Assembly (NCBI GenBank): GCA_003223415.1
Contig: QHUY01000044.1
Coordinates: 30,443 to 94,442 of the forward strand
Direction of reading: 5' to 3'
Length of the DNA stretch: 64,000 bases
DNA from: Gemmatimonadota bacterium
Lineage (GTDB): Bacteria; Gemmatimonadota; Gemmatimonadetes; Gemmatimonadales; GWC2-71-9
Shown here: one piece after another, positions 19,545 through 29,763 of the stretch
Layout: every line of letters starts with the position of its first letter
Numbering within the stretch: the stretch's first letter is position 1
The notes under the pieces: model-generated
The model's database searches: none
What the model saw: only the letters and a program-made list of their open reading frames with translations
Told to the model about the DNA's origin: nothing
Program-made: the position numbers and the translations under genes

Positions 19545-21799
19545 ACCTCGCGTTGAACGACGCCCAGCGGGCCGCCGTGGAGCACGGCGCCGGGCCGCTG
19601 CTCGTGCTGGCGGGGGCCGGCTCGGGGAAAACACGCGTGCTCACGGCGCGGATCGCGGATCTCATCCGCCGTCGTGGCGTGCGGCCGGAGCGGATCTTCG
19701 CCGTCACCTTCACCAACAAGGCCGCAGGCGAAATGCGTAGCCGCGTGGCGGCGCTGCTCGGCGCCGACCCCAAGGGGCTGTGGATCGGGACGTTCCACTC
19801 CCTCGCGGCGCGCCTGCTGCGGCGCGAGGGCGCACTCCTCGGCTTCGGCCCGAACTACACGATCTACGACGAGGATGACTCCGAGGCGCTGCTCAAGCGC
19901 ATGCTCGAGCAGCGCCAACTGTCGCCCAAGGCGTACCCCCCACGCGCGCTCCACGCGCTCATCTCGGGCGCCAAGAACCGGATGGTCGATCCCGCGACGT
20001 TCGCCCAGGAGGCCGAGAGCCCGCTCGCCCGCGTCGCCGCCGACTGCTACCGCGAGCTTGGCCCGGCGCTGCTCAAGGCGAACGCGATGGACTTCGACGA
20101 CCTGCTGCTGCACCCGCTCACGCTGTTCCGGCAGCACCCCGAGCGACTGGCGTACTGGCAGCGGCGGTTCGACCACGTGCTGGTGGACGAGTTCCAGGAC
20201 ACGAACGCGGCGCAGTACACGCTGGTGCGGCTGGTCGCCGAGGGGCACCGCAACCTCTGCGTGGTGGGCGACGACGACCAGGCGATCTACGGCTGGCGGG
20301 GCGCGGACGTGCGGCACATGCTGGCGTTCCAGGAGGACTTCCCCGACGCGACCCTGATCAAGCTGCAGCAGAACTACCGCTCGACTCAGGTGATCCTGGA
20401 TGCGGCCAACGGGGTCATCGCCGAAAACCGCGCGCGCCTGGGAAAGACGCTGTACACCACGCGCCAGGGGGGGGCCCCCGTGGTGTTGCTCACCTCGGCC
20501 GACGAGCGGGACGAATCCGAGTGGCTCGCCGGCGAGTTCGCGACGCTCGCCGCGCAGACCGACATCCCGTACGAAGGGATGGCCGTGCTGTACCGCACCA
20601 ACGCTCAGTCCCGCCCGCTGGAAGAGGCGTTCCGCTTCCGCGGCATCCCATATCGGCTGATCGGGGCGGTGAGCTTCTACGAGCGGCGGGAGGTGAAGGA
20701 CCTGCTGGCCTACCTGCGCCTGATCGCCAATCCCGCGGACGACGGGGCCTTGGCGCGCGTCGTCAACGTGCCGCGGCGCGGCCTGGGTGACGCGTCGGTC
20801 GCGATTGTGGGGGCGGCGGCGACGCGCTGGGGGAAGCCGCTGCTCGAAGTGGCCCGCGCCGCCGACCGGGTGGATGGCCTGCGGCCTAACCTGCGCGAGG
20901 TGTTGCGCCAATTCGCGTCGCTGATCGATCGGCTGCGGGAGGCGTTCGGCGAGCGGGACCCGGCCACGGCGCTGGAGGGCGTGATTGCCGCGACCGGCTA
21001 CGAGCAGTATCTGGCCGAGGAGGGGGTGGAAGGGGCCGAGCGGCTGGACAACGTGCGCGAGCTGGTGGCGGGCGCGGCTGAGTGGGCAGAGGTGGCTGAG
21101 GCGGCGGAGGAAGGAGAAGGGACGTTGCTGGAGCGGTATCTCACTCAGGCGGCCCTGATCACGCCGACCGATGAAAACGCCACGCGACGAGGAAGACGAG
21201 AGGGCGGCGCCAGCGGTGTCACGCTGCTGACGGCGCACATGGCCAAGGGACTCGAGTGGCTGGCGGTGGCGGTGGCGGGTCTGGAGGAAGGACTCTTCCC
21301 GCTCGGTCGCACGGCGGGCGAGCCGGGCGGTCTGGAGGAAGAGCGCCGGTTGTGCTACGTGGGTCTCACGCGGGCGCGCGAAAAACTGTATCTCTCATGG
21401 GCGCGCACGCGGTATCGGCACGGCCGGCTCGAACTCTCGGAGCCGTCGCGCTTCCTGGAGGCGCTGCCGCCGCACGTGGTCGAAGAGCGTAGCACGACAC
21501 CGCTGTGGGACCGCGGCAGGGAGGGTGGCCGGCTGCCGCGCCGCGCCGCGGCGGCGGCGCGCCGGGGCCCGCGCGCCGTGGTGCCGGAGGAGTTCGCCGA
21601 GGAGGCATCGCAGGACGCGCCGCGGTACCTGACGGGTGAGCGTGTGCGGCACCGCAAGTTCGGGGGCGGGGTCGTCCGGGCGGTCTCGGGGATGGGGCGT
21701 GACCTGAAGGTCACGGTCGAATTCGACGACGCCGCAATAGGAACCAAGCAGTTGCTCGTGGCCTACGCGGGCCTCGAGCGAGACTGGGAGAGTGCATGA
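19541..21799 (+). CDS. pcrA: ATP-dependent DNA helicase UvrD/PcrA
   Basis: AGAGSGKT, VTFTNKAA, VDEFQD, VVGDDDQAIY, NYRS, EEERRLCYVGLTRA, C-terminal Tudor-like VRHRKFG. Confidence 0.95.
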   Translation: MNLALNDAQRAAVEHGAGPLLVLAGAGSGKTRVLTARIADLIRRRGVRPERIFAVTFTNKAAGEMRSRVAALLGADPKGLWIGTFHSLAARLLRREGALLGFGPNYTIYDEDDSEALLKRMLEQRQLSPKAYPPRALHALISGAKNRMVDPATFAQEAESPLARVAADCYRELGPALLKANAMDFDDLLLHPLTLFRQHPERLAYWQRRFDHVLVDEFQDTNAAQYTLVRLVAEGHRNLCVVGDDDQAIYGWRGADVRHMLAFQEDFPDATLIKLQQNYRSTQVILDAANGVIAENRARLGKTLYTTRQGGAPVVLLTSADERDESEWLAGEFATLAAQTDIPYEGMAVLYRTNAQSRPLEEAFRFRGIPYRLIGAVSFYERREVKDLLAYLRLIANPADDGALARVVNVPRRGLGDASVAIVGAAATRWGKPLLEVARAADRVDGLRPNLREVLRQFASLIDRLREAFGERDPATALEGVIAATGYEQYLAEEGVEGAERLDNVRELVAGAAEWAEVAEAAEEGEGTLLERYLTQAALITPTDENATRRGRREGGASGVTLLTAHMAKGLEWLAVAVAGLEEGLFPLGRTAGEPGGLEEERRLCYVGLTRAREKLYLSWARTRYRHGRLELSEPSRFLEALPPHVVEERSTTPLWDRGREGGRLPRRAAAAARRGPRAVVPEEFAEEASQDAPRYLTGERVRHRKFGGGVVRAVSGMGRDLKVTVEFDDAAIGTKQLLVAYAGLERDWESA

Positions 21800-22107
21800 G
21801 CGTATCGCGTGAGGAGGTGCTGCGAATCGCGCAGCTCGCGGAGCTGGACGTCGAGGAGGACGCCCTCCCCGCGCTGACGGAGCAGATGTCGCGCATCCTC
21901 GAGTACGTCGCGCAGTTGGCGCAGGTCCCGGCTGGCGAGTCGGCCCGGCCGTTCCTGGCCGGCCCCGACGCCATCCGGCCGCGGCCCGACGAGGTCAAGC
22001 CCTGGCCCCTCGCTTTCGGCCCCGCGGAGTTGGCGCCTGCATTCAAGGACGGCTTCTTCGTCGTGCCGCGCCTCGGCGCGTTCGACGGCGGGGAGGCGGG
22101 GAAGTGA
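21796..22107 (+). CDS. gatC: Asp/Glu-tRNA amidotransferase subunit C
   Basis: VLRIAQLAEL...FFVVPR; directly precedes gatA. Confidence 0.9.
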   Translation: MSVSREEVLRIAQLAELDVEEDALPALTEQMSRILEYVAQLAQVPAGESARPFLAGPDAIRPRPDEVKPWPLAFGPAELAPAFKDGFFVVPRLGAFDGGEAGK

Positions 22108-23501
22108 GTGATGCAGCGGAGGCGCTGACCAGCGCGAAGGCCGCCGCCGACCGGCTGACCAAGGCGAAGCGGTTCAACGCACTGCTCACCCCCCTCAAGG
22201 AAGTCCGCAAGTCGCTGCTGCAGCAGGCCGCCGCCGCCCACCCCGGCGGCGTGCTGTACGGCATGCCGGTCGCGGTGAAAGACAATATCTGCACGCTCGA
22301 ATTCACCACCAGCTGCGGCTCGAAGATCCTCCAGGGCTACCGCTCCCCGTTCGACGCCACCGCCGTGACCAAGCTCAAGGCCGCAGGCGCGCTCATCGCC
22401 GGCAAGACTAACTGCGACGAGTTCGCCATGGGCTCCTCGACGGAGCACTCGGCGTATGGCCGCACGCTGCACCCGCTCGACAAGACGCGCGTGCCGGGCG
22501 GCTCCTCGGGGGGCTCAGCGGCGCTGGTGGCGGCCGGCGTCGTCCCGGCCGCGCTGGGCTCCGAGACGGGCGGCTCGGTGCGTCAGCCGGCGTCCTTCTG
22601 CGGCATCGTGGGGATCAAGCCGACCTACGCCCGCGTGAGCCGCTACGGGCTCGTGGCGTTCGGCTCCTCGCTCGACCAGATCGGAGTGTTCGGGCGCAGC
22701 GTGCACGATGCCGGGCGCGTGCTGTCGGCGATCAGCGGCCGCGACCCCAAGGATGCCACCTGCGAAGACCGGGACCCGCTGCGGCTGCCGACGGTCCCCG
22801 AGAGCCTCCAAGGGTTCGTCATCGGCGTCCCGCGGGAGTACTTCCCGGCGGACCTGGACCCCGGGGTGCGCCGCGCCTGCGACCGCGTGATCAAGATCCT
22901 CCGGGAGCTGGGCGCGGTGGTGCGGGAAGTGTCGCTGCCACACACCGCCTCCGCCGTCCCATGCTACTACGTGATCGCACCGGCTGAGGCGTCGTCCAAC
23001 CTGGCGCGCTACGACGGGGTGCGCTACGGCCCGCGGCTCGACGGCGGGGGGGGGGAGGCGGACGTGCGGGCGCTGTACCGCGCGACGCGCGGCGCGGGGT
23101 TCGGTGCGGAGGTGCGGCGCCGCATCCTGGTCGGCACGTACGTGCTCTCCGCCGGTTACTACGACGCCTACTACCGGAAGGCGCAGCAGGTGAGGGCGTT
23201 GCTTGCCCAGGACTTCCGCAACGTGTTCGACCGCGGCGTGGACCTGCTGTTTACGCCCACGACGCCGACGCCCGCGTTCAAGGCGGGCGAGAAGTTGGGC
23301 GACCCGGTGCAGATGTACCTGTCGGATGTGTTCGTGTGCACGGCGAACCTCACCGGTCTGCCTGCGATGTCGCTGCCGATCGGACGGGTGAAGGGGCTGC
23401 CGGTCGGCGGCCAGTTGATCGGCAGGGCGTTCCTGGAGGACGAGATGCTGGAAGCGGCCTACGCCCTGGAGCGGGCGGTGCCGTCGGTGGAGGAGGTGTG
23501 A
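22104..23501 (+). CDS. gatA: Asp/Glu-tRNA amidotransferase subunit A
   Basis: Amidase signature GGSSGGSA, GSETGGSVRQPA, SSNLARYDG, YYDAYY. Confidence 0.96.
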   Translation: MSDAAEALTSAKAAADRLTKAKRFNALLTPLKEVRKSLLQQAAAAHPGGVLYGMPVAVKDNICTLEFTTSCGSKILQGYRSPFDATAVTKLKAAGALIAGKTNCDEFAMGSSTEHSAYGRTLHPLDKTRVPGGSSGGSAALVAAGVVPAALGSETGGSVRQPASFCGIVGIKPTYARVSRYGLVAFGSSLDQIGVFGRSVHDAGRVLSAISGRDPKDATCEDRDPLRLPTVPESLQGFVIGVPREYFPADLDPGVRRACDRVIKILRELGAVVREVSLPHTASAVPCYYVIAPAEASSNLARYDGVRYGPRLDGGGGEADVRALYRATRGAGFGAEVRRRILVGTYVLSAGYYDAYYRKAQQVRALLAQDFRNVFDRGVDLLFTPTTPTPAFKAGEKLGDPVQMYLSDVFVCTANLTGLPAMSLPIGRVKGLPVGGQLIGRAFLEDEMLEAAYALERAVPSVEEV

Positions 23502-24943
23502 CGGCGCCCGCGGGGGGGGGCTGGGAGACCGTGATCGGGCTCGAGACGCACGTGCAGCTGCGTACCGCCTCGAAGATGTTCTGCGGCTGCTCGACCGCCT
23601 TCGGTGCGCCGCCCAACACGAACGTCTGCCCGGTGTGCCTCGGGCTCCCGGGCGCGCTCCCAGCGCCCAACGAGCGGGCGCTCAAGCTCGCGGTGCGTAC
23701 GGCGCTCGCCCTGGGGTGCACGGTGCACCCGCGGAGCGTGTTCGCGCGCAAGAACTACTTCTATCCCGATCTGCCGAAGGGCTACCAGATCACCCAGTAC
23801 GAGCAGCCGCTCGCCACGGACGGCAAGCTGTCCTACCTCTCGCCCGACCGCGGGGTCGCCACCGCGACGATCGTCCGGCTGCACGTCGAGGAGGACGCGG
23901 GCAAGTCGCTGCATGACCGCTTCCCCCGGGCGACCGCCGTTGACCTAAACCGCGCTGGCGTACCGCTCATCGAGATCGTGACGGGGGCGGACTTCCGCTC
24001 ACCGGCGGAGGCGCGGTGGTACCTGCAGACGCTGAAGCAGGTGCTCGAGTACAGCGGCGTCTCGGACTGCGACATGGAGAAGGGCAGCCTGCGCGTCGAC
24101 GCCAACGTCTCAATCCGGCGCGCCGGGGAGAGCGCCCTGGGCACGAAGGCCGAGGTGAAGAACATCAACTCGTTCACCTACGTCGAGAAGGCGCTCGCCG
24201 CGGAGCGCGATCGCCAGATCGCCGCGCTCGAGGCGGGCGGGACCATCGCGCAGCAGACGATGTTGTACGACGCCAAGGAGAACACCGTCCGGCCGCAGCG
24301 CGCCAAAGAAGAGAGCCATGACTACCGCTACTTCCCCGAGCCCGACCTCCCGCCGCTGGTGTTGCCGCCGGAGTGGGTCCCGGAGCAACAGGCCCAGCTC
24401 CCCGAGCTGCCGGCGACGAAGCGCGAGCGGTTCGTCGCCCAGTACGCGCTGAGCGTGCAGGACGCGGCGGTGCTCACGGCGAGCCGCGGGGTGGCCGAGT
24501 ACTACGAGGGCGTGGTGCACGCGGGGGCCGAGCCCAAGCCGGCCGCGAACTGGGTCATGGGCGAGGTGCTGGCCGACGCCAACGACCATCAGGAGCAGCT
24601 GCGCGTGCCGCCGGGCACGCTCGCCCAGCTGATCGCGCTGGTGCAGGGCGGCACCCTGTCGCACCAAGCCGCGAAGCGGGTGTTCGCGGAGCTGGCGGTC
24701 CGGGGCGGCGGCGAGCCGCGCACCGTCGCCGAGGCGCTCGGCGTCATCCAGGTGGGCGACACGAACGTGATCGGGCAGTGGGTGGACGACGTGCTGCAGG
24801 CGCACCCCGCGGAAGTGACGCGCTACAAGAGCGGGGAGACCAAGCTCATGGCGTTCTTCGTCGGGCAGGTGATGAAGGCGTCCAAGGGCAAGGCCGACCC
24901 CAAGCTCGCGCCCAGGCTGCTGGAGGAACGGCTGCGGGCCTAG
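23498..24943 (+). CDS. gatB: Asp/Glu-tRNA amidotransferase subunit B
   Basis: IGLETHVQL, RKNYFYPDLPKGYQITQ, EEDAGK, DYRYFPEPDL; GGAGG SD before GTG. Confidence 0.96.
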   Translation: MTAPAGGGWETVIGLETHVQLRTASKMFCGCSTAFGAPPNTNVCPVCLGLPGALPAPNERALKLAVRTALALGCTVHPRSVFARKNYFYPDLPKGYQITQYEQPLATDGKLSYLSPDRGVATATIVRLHVEEDAGKSLHDRFPRATAVDLNRAGVPLIEIVTGADFRSPAEARWYLQTLKQVLEYSGVSDCDMEKGSLRVDANVSIRRAGESALGTKAEVKNINSFTYVEKALAAERDRQIAALEAGGTIAQQTMLYDAKENTVRPQRAKEESHDYRYFPEPDLPPLVLPPEWVPEQQAQLPELPATKRERFVAQYALSVQDAAVLTASRGVAEYYEGVVHAGAEPKPAANWVMGEVLADANDHQEQLRVPPGTLAQLIALVQGGTLSHQAAKRVFAELAVRGGGEPRTVAEALGVIQVGDTNVIGQWVDDVLQAHPAEVTRYKSGETKLMAFFVGQVMKASKGKADPKLAPRLLEERLRA

Positions 24944-25866
24944 GCGCCCTGGCCGCTCTGCCAGGGCCGCTGCGCCTGCGACGCGCGCCAGAACTCGAGG
25001 GCGGGCGACGGCAGCCCGAAGTGGTGCTCCGCCGTCTCCGCGACGCGCTCGGGCTCCTGCCGCCCGCCTTCCTGCAGCGCCTGGCGGCGCATCCGCTTGG
25101 CGAGCATCAGCGCCTGCTCGCCAGCGGGGTCGAGGCGCCGGGCTGCCGCGTCCCGTTGGCCGAGTAGCTCCATCACGTACTCGAACGCCACGGCCATGTG
25201 GCGCTCCACGTCCGCGTCGGGCAGGTCCCAGCGGCTGTTCTCGGCGATCACCTGAAACACCCACTGCCAGCTCTGGCTTTCGGTGAGGTGTACCATGCCG
25301 CGGAACAGGCGGCGGCTGGTGCGCACGCTGAACAGGGTCGGCGACAAGATGGCATCGAGGTGGGCGTCGCTCTCGCCGTGGTCTCGCTGAATCACTTCCT
25401 TGGCGGTGCGGGCGTACGCGTCGCCCAAGTGCGTCTCGAAGCGGCTCTCCCAGTACGAGTGCCCCAGCGCGGCGGTGGTCGAGGTCAACACCAGCTGGCG
25501 CGGGACGAAGAAGTTGTGGGCGACGGTGTCGGCGGCGAGGTGTGAGAGGTAACCGAGGCCGAAGGCGCGCAGCGGGTCGGAGCCGGCGAGATCGAAGATC
25601 TCCTGCCCCACGTGCCAGGCGTGACAGTGCCGGCCCACCGGCGCGTACTTCTTGGCGATCGAGGTGTCCGCGGCGATGTTGCCGTACAGGAAGTCGTGGG
25701 GGAAGGCGCGCAACAAGTCGGCGATGAGCGCGGGCAGCTGATGGAGGTTGGCCAGCACCGACTCGCCCAGGTAGATGTGCGTGCCGGGCGTCCACGCGTG
25801 CGCCACCCCCGGGAACAACACCACGGCGCTGAGGGCGACGAGGGCGCAGCCCAGCCCGCGTTTCAG
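24940..25866 (-). CDS. Zinc-dependent phospholipase C family protein
   Basis: Signal peptide then AWTPGTH; YGNIAAD, HCHAW, GYLSHLAAD.VAH, HSYWE metal ligands; CTG start inferred. Confidence 0.78.
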   Translation of the reverse strand: MKRGLGCALVALSAVVLFPGVAHAWTPGTHIYLGESVLANLHQLPALIADLLRAFPHDFLYGNIAADTSIAKKYAPVGRHCHAWHVGQEIFDLAGSDPLRAFGLGYLSHLAADTVAHNFFVPRQLVLTSTTAALGHSYWESRFETHLGDAYARTAKEVIQRDHGESDAHLDAILSPTLFSVRTSRRLFRGMVHLTESQSWQWVFQVIAENSRWDLPDADVERHMAVAFEYVMELLGQRDAAARRLDPAGEQALMLAKRMRRQALQEGGRQEPERVAETAEHHFGLPSPALEFWRASQAQRPWQSGQGA

Positions 25867-26291
25867 CTCGGCCTCCCCTTGCGGGCACGCGCCCGCCGCA
25901 GGGCGTGGCGACCCAGCCGCCACACCGACAACCCCCGGCGCACGTTGCGCGAGGTCGCCGCGACGTCGAGCACGGTGTCCTCCACCTCCTCCTGCATGAC
26001 GTCGAGCACCGCCCCGAGATCGGCCAACCGGCCCTGGGCCGCGTCGGCGGCCTTCACGATGCGCAGGCGGATGTCGCGTGAAGTGCCGGCGATGGCGTCC
26101 GCCTCGGTGCGGATGGTTTCGATCAGTCCGCGGACGTCGCTGAGGGCGGGACCGCTCAAGTGCTCGACGGCGCGCAGGAAGGCCCGCATCCCGAAGGCGG
26201 TGGCGAGGGCGGAGCCCGCCACGACGATCGTGGCCAGCGCGATGATCGCTAGGGACAACGCCGCGACCACGGCCGCCCACGGGGGAATCAT
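25863..26291 (-). CDS. Membrane-anchored coiled-coil protein (DUF948-like)
   Basis: N-terminal TM followed by heptad-like helical region. Confidence 0.6.
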   Translation of the reverse strand: MIPPWAAVVAALSLAIIALATIVVAGSALATAFGMRAFLRAVEHLSGPALSDVRGLIETIRTEADAIAGTSRDIRLRIVKAADAAQGRLADLGAVLDVMQEEVEDTVLDVAATSRNVRRGLSVWRLGRHALRRARARKGRPS

Positions 26292-27535
26292 CCTGTAACC
26301 TCCGGCGCCTGGGGGGGCGGTGTCAACGGGGCGGGTGCGCGCGCGCGGGTGATGAGCCGGGGCGCGGCGAGCTGGGCGAGGATGACGCCCAGTGTGATCG
26401 TCGTGAGGATCCCACCCGCTCCGGCTCCCTGGAAGGTGAGGTGAAAGTTGAGGGCGAGCGCCAGGGCTACGCCTTCCTCCCCCTCCCCCCCCCCAGAGGC
26501 CGCCGTGGCGACGCCCACGTTGGCCGGCCACCCCGATACGCGCAGCCATCGCAAGGCGGCGCGCGCCGCGCCCCACTTGGCCGCGATTCCCACCGCGGCG
26601 AGCAGCGGGATGGCGAGCAGGAGCCACGCCGTCGGCAGCACGAGCAGCGCGCCCACGATGATGAGGATGACGGCGTAGATCGGGTGCGCCCAGTCAAGCA
26701 GCAGCTCCTGCACCCGGCGCCGGTGAGGCGACAGGTTGACGATCACCACCGCGGCGAGCGTGCAGACCACGAACGGCGAAAGATCGGCCGCGTAGCCCAC
26801 GCCGGCGCCGAACAAGACGACGCCCGAGAGGGCGAGTCCGAGATCGTCCCGGCCAGACCGGAGCCGCGACAGGCTGAGGAACAACATTCCCACGAGAACC
26901 CCGCTGCCACTCGCCAGGGCGAGCCAGCGAAGCCAGCCGAGCGTCGCACCGCCCACAGGGACGCGAGGGTGGTAGAGGGCGAGGGTGAGGGTGAAGGCGA
27001 GGGCGCCCAGGAGCGTGTCGAGCGTGGCGGCGAGACGGCAAGCGCGGGCGCCGCGGCGGCTGATGCCCGCGGCCTGGGCGGTCTGGGCGACGGCGCCCGG
27101 CCCCGAGACGACGGCCAGGGCGCCAAGGGTGAGGAGGCCCGGAAGGGTGGGGGCCCACGCGGAGCCGAGCGCGGGCCGCGCGCGCGAGAGACTCCAGGCC
27201 GCGAGCGCGACGAGCGCGAACGTGACGGCGGCCCGCGCGGTCCCGAGTCCCCAGTCCACCCGGGAAATGCGACGGACGACGCGCCACTCGAGGCGGGCGC
27301 CAAACACCGCCCCGAGCCAGCCGATCGCGAGGGCGGTGACGGGCGCGAGGGCGCGGAGCAGGGCGCCGTCCAGGACGCCCAGGCCTGGGCCGAGCAGCAC
27401 GCCGGTCAGCACCAGCGGCAGCCCGGTCGCCAGCACGAGATCCCGGTTCGGCGATCGGCGCCACGACTGCCACGGGAGTCGCGTCGCCGCGATGCCGGCG
27501 ATGGCGACGAGCGCGAGCGCGAGCATCGGATTCAC
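26288..27535 (-). CDS. Cation:proton antiporter-like multi-pass membrane protein
   Basis: About 11-12 hydrophobic segments, GVLLGPGLGVL, degenerate ATLDT motif. Confidence 0.62.
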   Translation of the reverse strand: MNPMLALALVAIAGIAATRLPWQSWRRSPNRDLVLATGLPLVLTGVLLGPGLGVLDGALLRALAPVTALAIGWLGAVFGARLEWRVVRRISRVDWGLGTARAAVTFALVALAAWSLSRARPALGSAWAPTLPGLLTLGALAVVSGPGAVAQTAQAAGISRRGARACRLAATLDTLLGALAFTLTLALYHPRVPVGGATLGWLRWLALASGSGVLVGMLFLSLSRLRSGRDDLGLALSGVVLFGAGVGYAADLSPFVVCTLAAVVIVNLSPHRRRVQELLLDWAHPIYAVILIIVGALLVLPTAWLLLAIPLLAAVGIAAKWGAARAALRWLRVSGWPANVGVATAASGGGEGEEGVALALALNFHLTFQGAGAGGILTTITLGVILAQLAAPRLITRARAPAPLTPPPQAPEVTG

Positions 27536-27556
27536 GCGGCCAACGTTCGCGAACGC

Positions 27557-27586
27557 TTGACGCCGGCGCAAGCGTCGCCGTAGCTT
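27557..27586 (+). promoter_or_regulatory. Sigma70-type promoter for murA
   Basis: TTGACG-18-TAGCTT, 9 nt before ATG. Confidence 0.6.
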
Positions 27587-27595
27587 GGGGCACTC

Positions 27596-28894
27596 ATGGC
27601 TGCGACGTTCTGCGTCTCCGGCGGCCGCGCGTTGAAGGGCACGATCCGGCCCGCCGGCAACAAGAACGCCGCCTTGCCGATCCTGGCCGCAACGCTGCTC
27701 GCTGACGGCCCCTGCCGCGTCGACAACGTCCCCCACATCCGCGATGTCGAAACGATGCTCGCGCTGCTCGAGCATCTCGGTGCGGTGGTCGAGTGGACGG
27801 GGCCGAACACCGTTGCCGTGGACCCCCGCGCCGCCGCCCCGCGCGAGCTCGACCCCGCGTTGTGCGCCCGCATCCGCGCCTCGATTCTGTTGGCCGGCCC
27901 CATGCTTGCCAGGTTCGGTCGCGTGCAGCTGCCGCCCCCTGGAGGGGACGTGATCGGTCGGCGGCGTATCGATACGCACTTTCTCGCCCTCGAGCGCCTC
28001 GGCGCCGAGATCACCGTGGGCGACACCTACCAGCTCGAGGCGCCCCGGGGCCTCGCCGGCGCCGACATCTTCCTCGACGAGCCCAGTGTGACCGGGACCG
28101 AGAACGCCCTCATGGCCGCGGTCGCCGCGCGCGGCGCCACCGTGCTGCGCAACGCCGCGTCCGAGCCGCACATCCAGGACCTCGCGCGCTTCCTGCAGGT
28201 CCTCGGCGCCGAGATCGAGGGCATCGGCACCAATACGCTCACCGTGCGCGGCGGCAACTCGCTCGCCGCCCCTCCTGTGCCCTACACCCTCGGCCCGGAC
28301 CACATCGAAGTGGGCTCGTTCATCGGGCTGGCCGCAGTCACCAACGGCGCGGTCACGATCGACGGCGTGCGCGCCGAGGACCTGCGCGCCACGCTGCTGG
28401 CATTCGCCCGGCTCGGCGTGCACCCGCGCCTCGACGGCCAGCGCCTGATCGTCGATGCCGACCAGGAGCGCCGCGTGCGGCCCGACCTGGGCGGCCACGT
28501 GCCCAAACTCGAGGATGGACCCTGGCCCGCCTTTCCGGCGGATCTCATCTCGATCGCCATCGTCGTGGCGAGCCAGTGCGAAGGCCTGCTGCTCGTGTTC
28601 GAGAAGATGTTCGAGTCGCGCTTGTTCTTCGTGGACAAGCTGATCGGCATGGGGGCCCGCATCGTGCTGTGCGATCCGCACCGCGCCGTGATCTCGGGGC
28701 CGTCCCAGCTGCGCGCGCAGGAAGTCGAAAGCCCCGACATCCGGGCCGGCATGGCGATGTTGCTCGCCGCGTTGGCGGCGCAGGGCGAGTCGGTCATCCA
28801 CAACATCGGCCAGATCGAGCGAGGCTACGAGCAGATTGACGAGCGGCTGCGGGCGCTGGGGGCCCAGATCGAGCGGCGGGATGGCGGCCGATAG
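27596..28894 (+). CDS. murA: UDP-N-acetylglucosamine 1-carboxyvinyltransferase (Asp-type active site)
   Basis: GNKNAALPILAA, RASIL, PGGDVIGRR.IDTH, SVTGTEN, WPAFPADL, PDIRAG, IERGY. Confidence 0.96.
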   Translation: MAATFCVSGGRALKGTIRPAGNKNAALPILAATLLADGPCRVDNVPHIRDVETMLALLEHLGAVVEWTGPNTVAVDPRAAAPRELDPALCARIRASILLAGPMLARFGRVQLPPPGGDVIGRRRIDTHFLALERLGAEITVGDTYQLEAPRGLAGADIFLDEPSVTGTENALMAAVAARGATVLRNAASEPHIQDLARFLQVLGAEIEGIGTNTLTVRGGNSLAAPPVPYTLGPDHIEVGSFIGLAAVTNGAVTIDGVRAEDLRATLLAFARLGVHPRLDGQRLIVDADQERRVRPDLGGHVPKLEDGPWPAFPADLISIAIVVASQCEGLLLVFEKMFESRLFFVDKLIGMGARIVLCDPHRAVISGPSQLRAQEVESPDIRAGMAMLLAALAAQGESVIHNIGQIERGYEQIDERLRALGAQIERRDGGR

Positions 28895-29729
28895 GGTGGT
28901 CAGGCGCTCGGCCGCGCAGGCGGCCGACGGCGCCGAAACTCGCCGTCCGCCCGACCGGCTTGCTGACGGACCGGTGGTGCTCCGCGAAACCTCCGTCGCC
29001 GACCCGGCCGTGCCCCGGATGGAGCTCACCGAATGGGCCTCCCGCTACGGCATCGTGGCGGGCGTCACCACCCGGGGACACGGCTTCAGCCTGGGCCTCT
29101 GGAGCGAGGAGCCGGTGGGGCAGGTGATCACCCGATGGCGCGCTTTCCGCGCCGCGATGCGGGGGTCCTTCCCGGCCCAGGTGCTGAGCCACCAGGTGCA
29201 CGGCACGGAGGTGCGCTGGCACGACCGCACCGCGAACGGGGCCGACTGGCTCATCCTGGACGGAGCGGACGGTCACGCCACGACCGTGCCCGGATTGCTC
29301 CTCACCATCACGGTGGCTGACTGCATCCCGATCTACCTGGCCGTGCCCGACAAGGGCGCCATTGCCCTGCTCCACGCCGGCTGGCGCGGAACGGCGGGAC
29401 GGATTCTGGAGCGGGGCGTGGAGGTCCTCACTCGGCAAGCGTCTTCCCCAGCCAGTGACATCGTAATGCACTGTGGCGTAGGAATTTGCGGCAGCTGTTA
29501 TGAAGTAGGTTCTGAAGTCACTCAGCAGCTCGGCACGTATGCCAGCAAAGCGTCGGCACACGTCGATCTGCGTGGCGTGCTGGCAACACAAGCGGCCGAG
29601 CTCGGCATCGGCGTGGTGACGGTCTCGCCCTGGTGCACGGCCCACGACCGGGCCCAGTTCTTCTCACACCGGGCGTCCGGGGGGACCGACGGGCGCCAGG
29701 TGGCCTACCTGGGGCGCCCCATCGCTTGA
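28881..29729 (+). CDS. pgeF: PgeF/YfiH-family (laccase-domain) purine nucleoside phosphorylase / peptidoglycan editing factor
   Basis: QVHG, ADG, VADCIPI, HAGWRG, CYEVG, CT..FFSHR. Confidence 0.88.
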   Translation: MAADRVVRRSAAQAADGAETRRPPDRLADGPVVLRETSVADPAVPRMELTEWASRYGIVAGVTTRGHGFSLGLWSEEPVGQVITRWRAFRAAMRGSFPAQVLSHQVHGTEVRWHDRTANGADWLILDGADGHATTVPGLLLTITVADCIPIYLAVPDKGAIALLHAGWRGTAGRILERGVEVLTRQASSPASDIVMHCGVGICGSCYEVGSEVTQQLGTYASKASAHVDLRGVLATQAAELGIGVVTVSPWCTAHDRAQFFSHRASGGTDGRQVAYLGRPIA

Positions 29730-29753
29730 CACCGCCCGGCGGCGGGATACATT
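29726..29753 (+). promoter_or_regulatory. Promoter of rimP-nusA-infB operon
   Basis: TTGACA-16-TACATT. Confidence 0.7.
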
Positions 29754-29763
29754 CCCCCAAGTG

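Noticed and set aside
21181-21205. Possible degenerate heptamer insertion in pcrA (and at about 63265 in rdgB)
   Set aside because: The periodicity is too decayed to support by eye
26288-29029. 913-aa minus ORF as one protein
   Set aside because: The upstream part is antisense to murA; only about 26288-27535 looks like a real membrane protein
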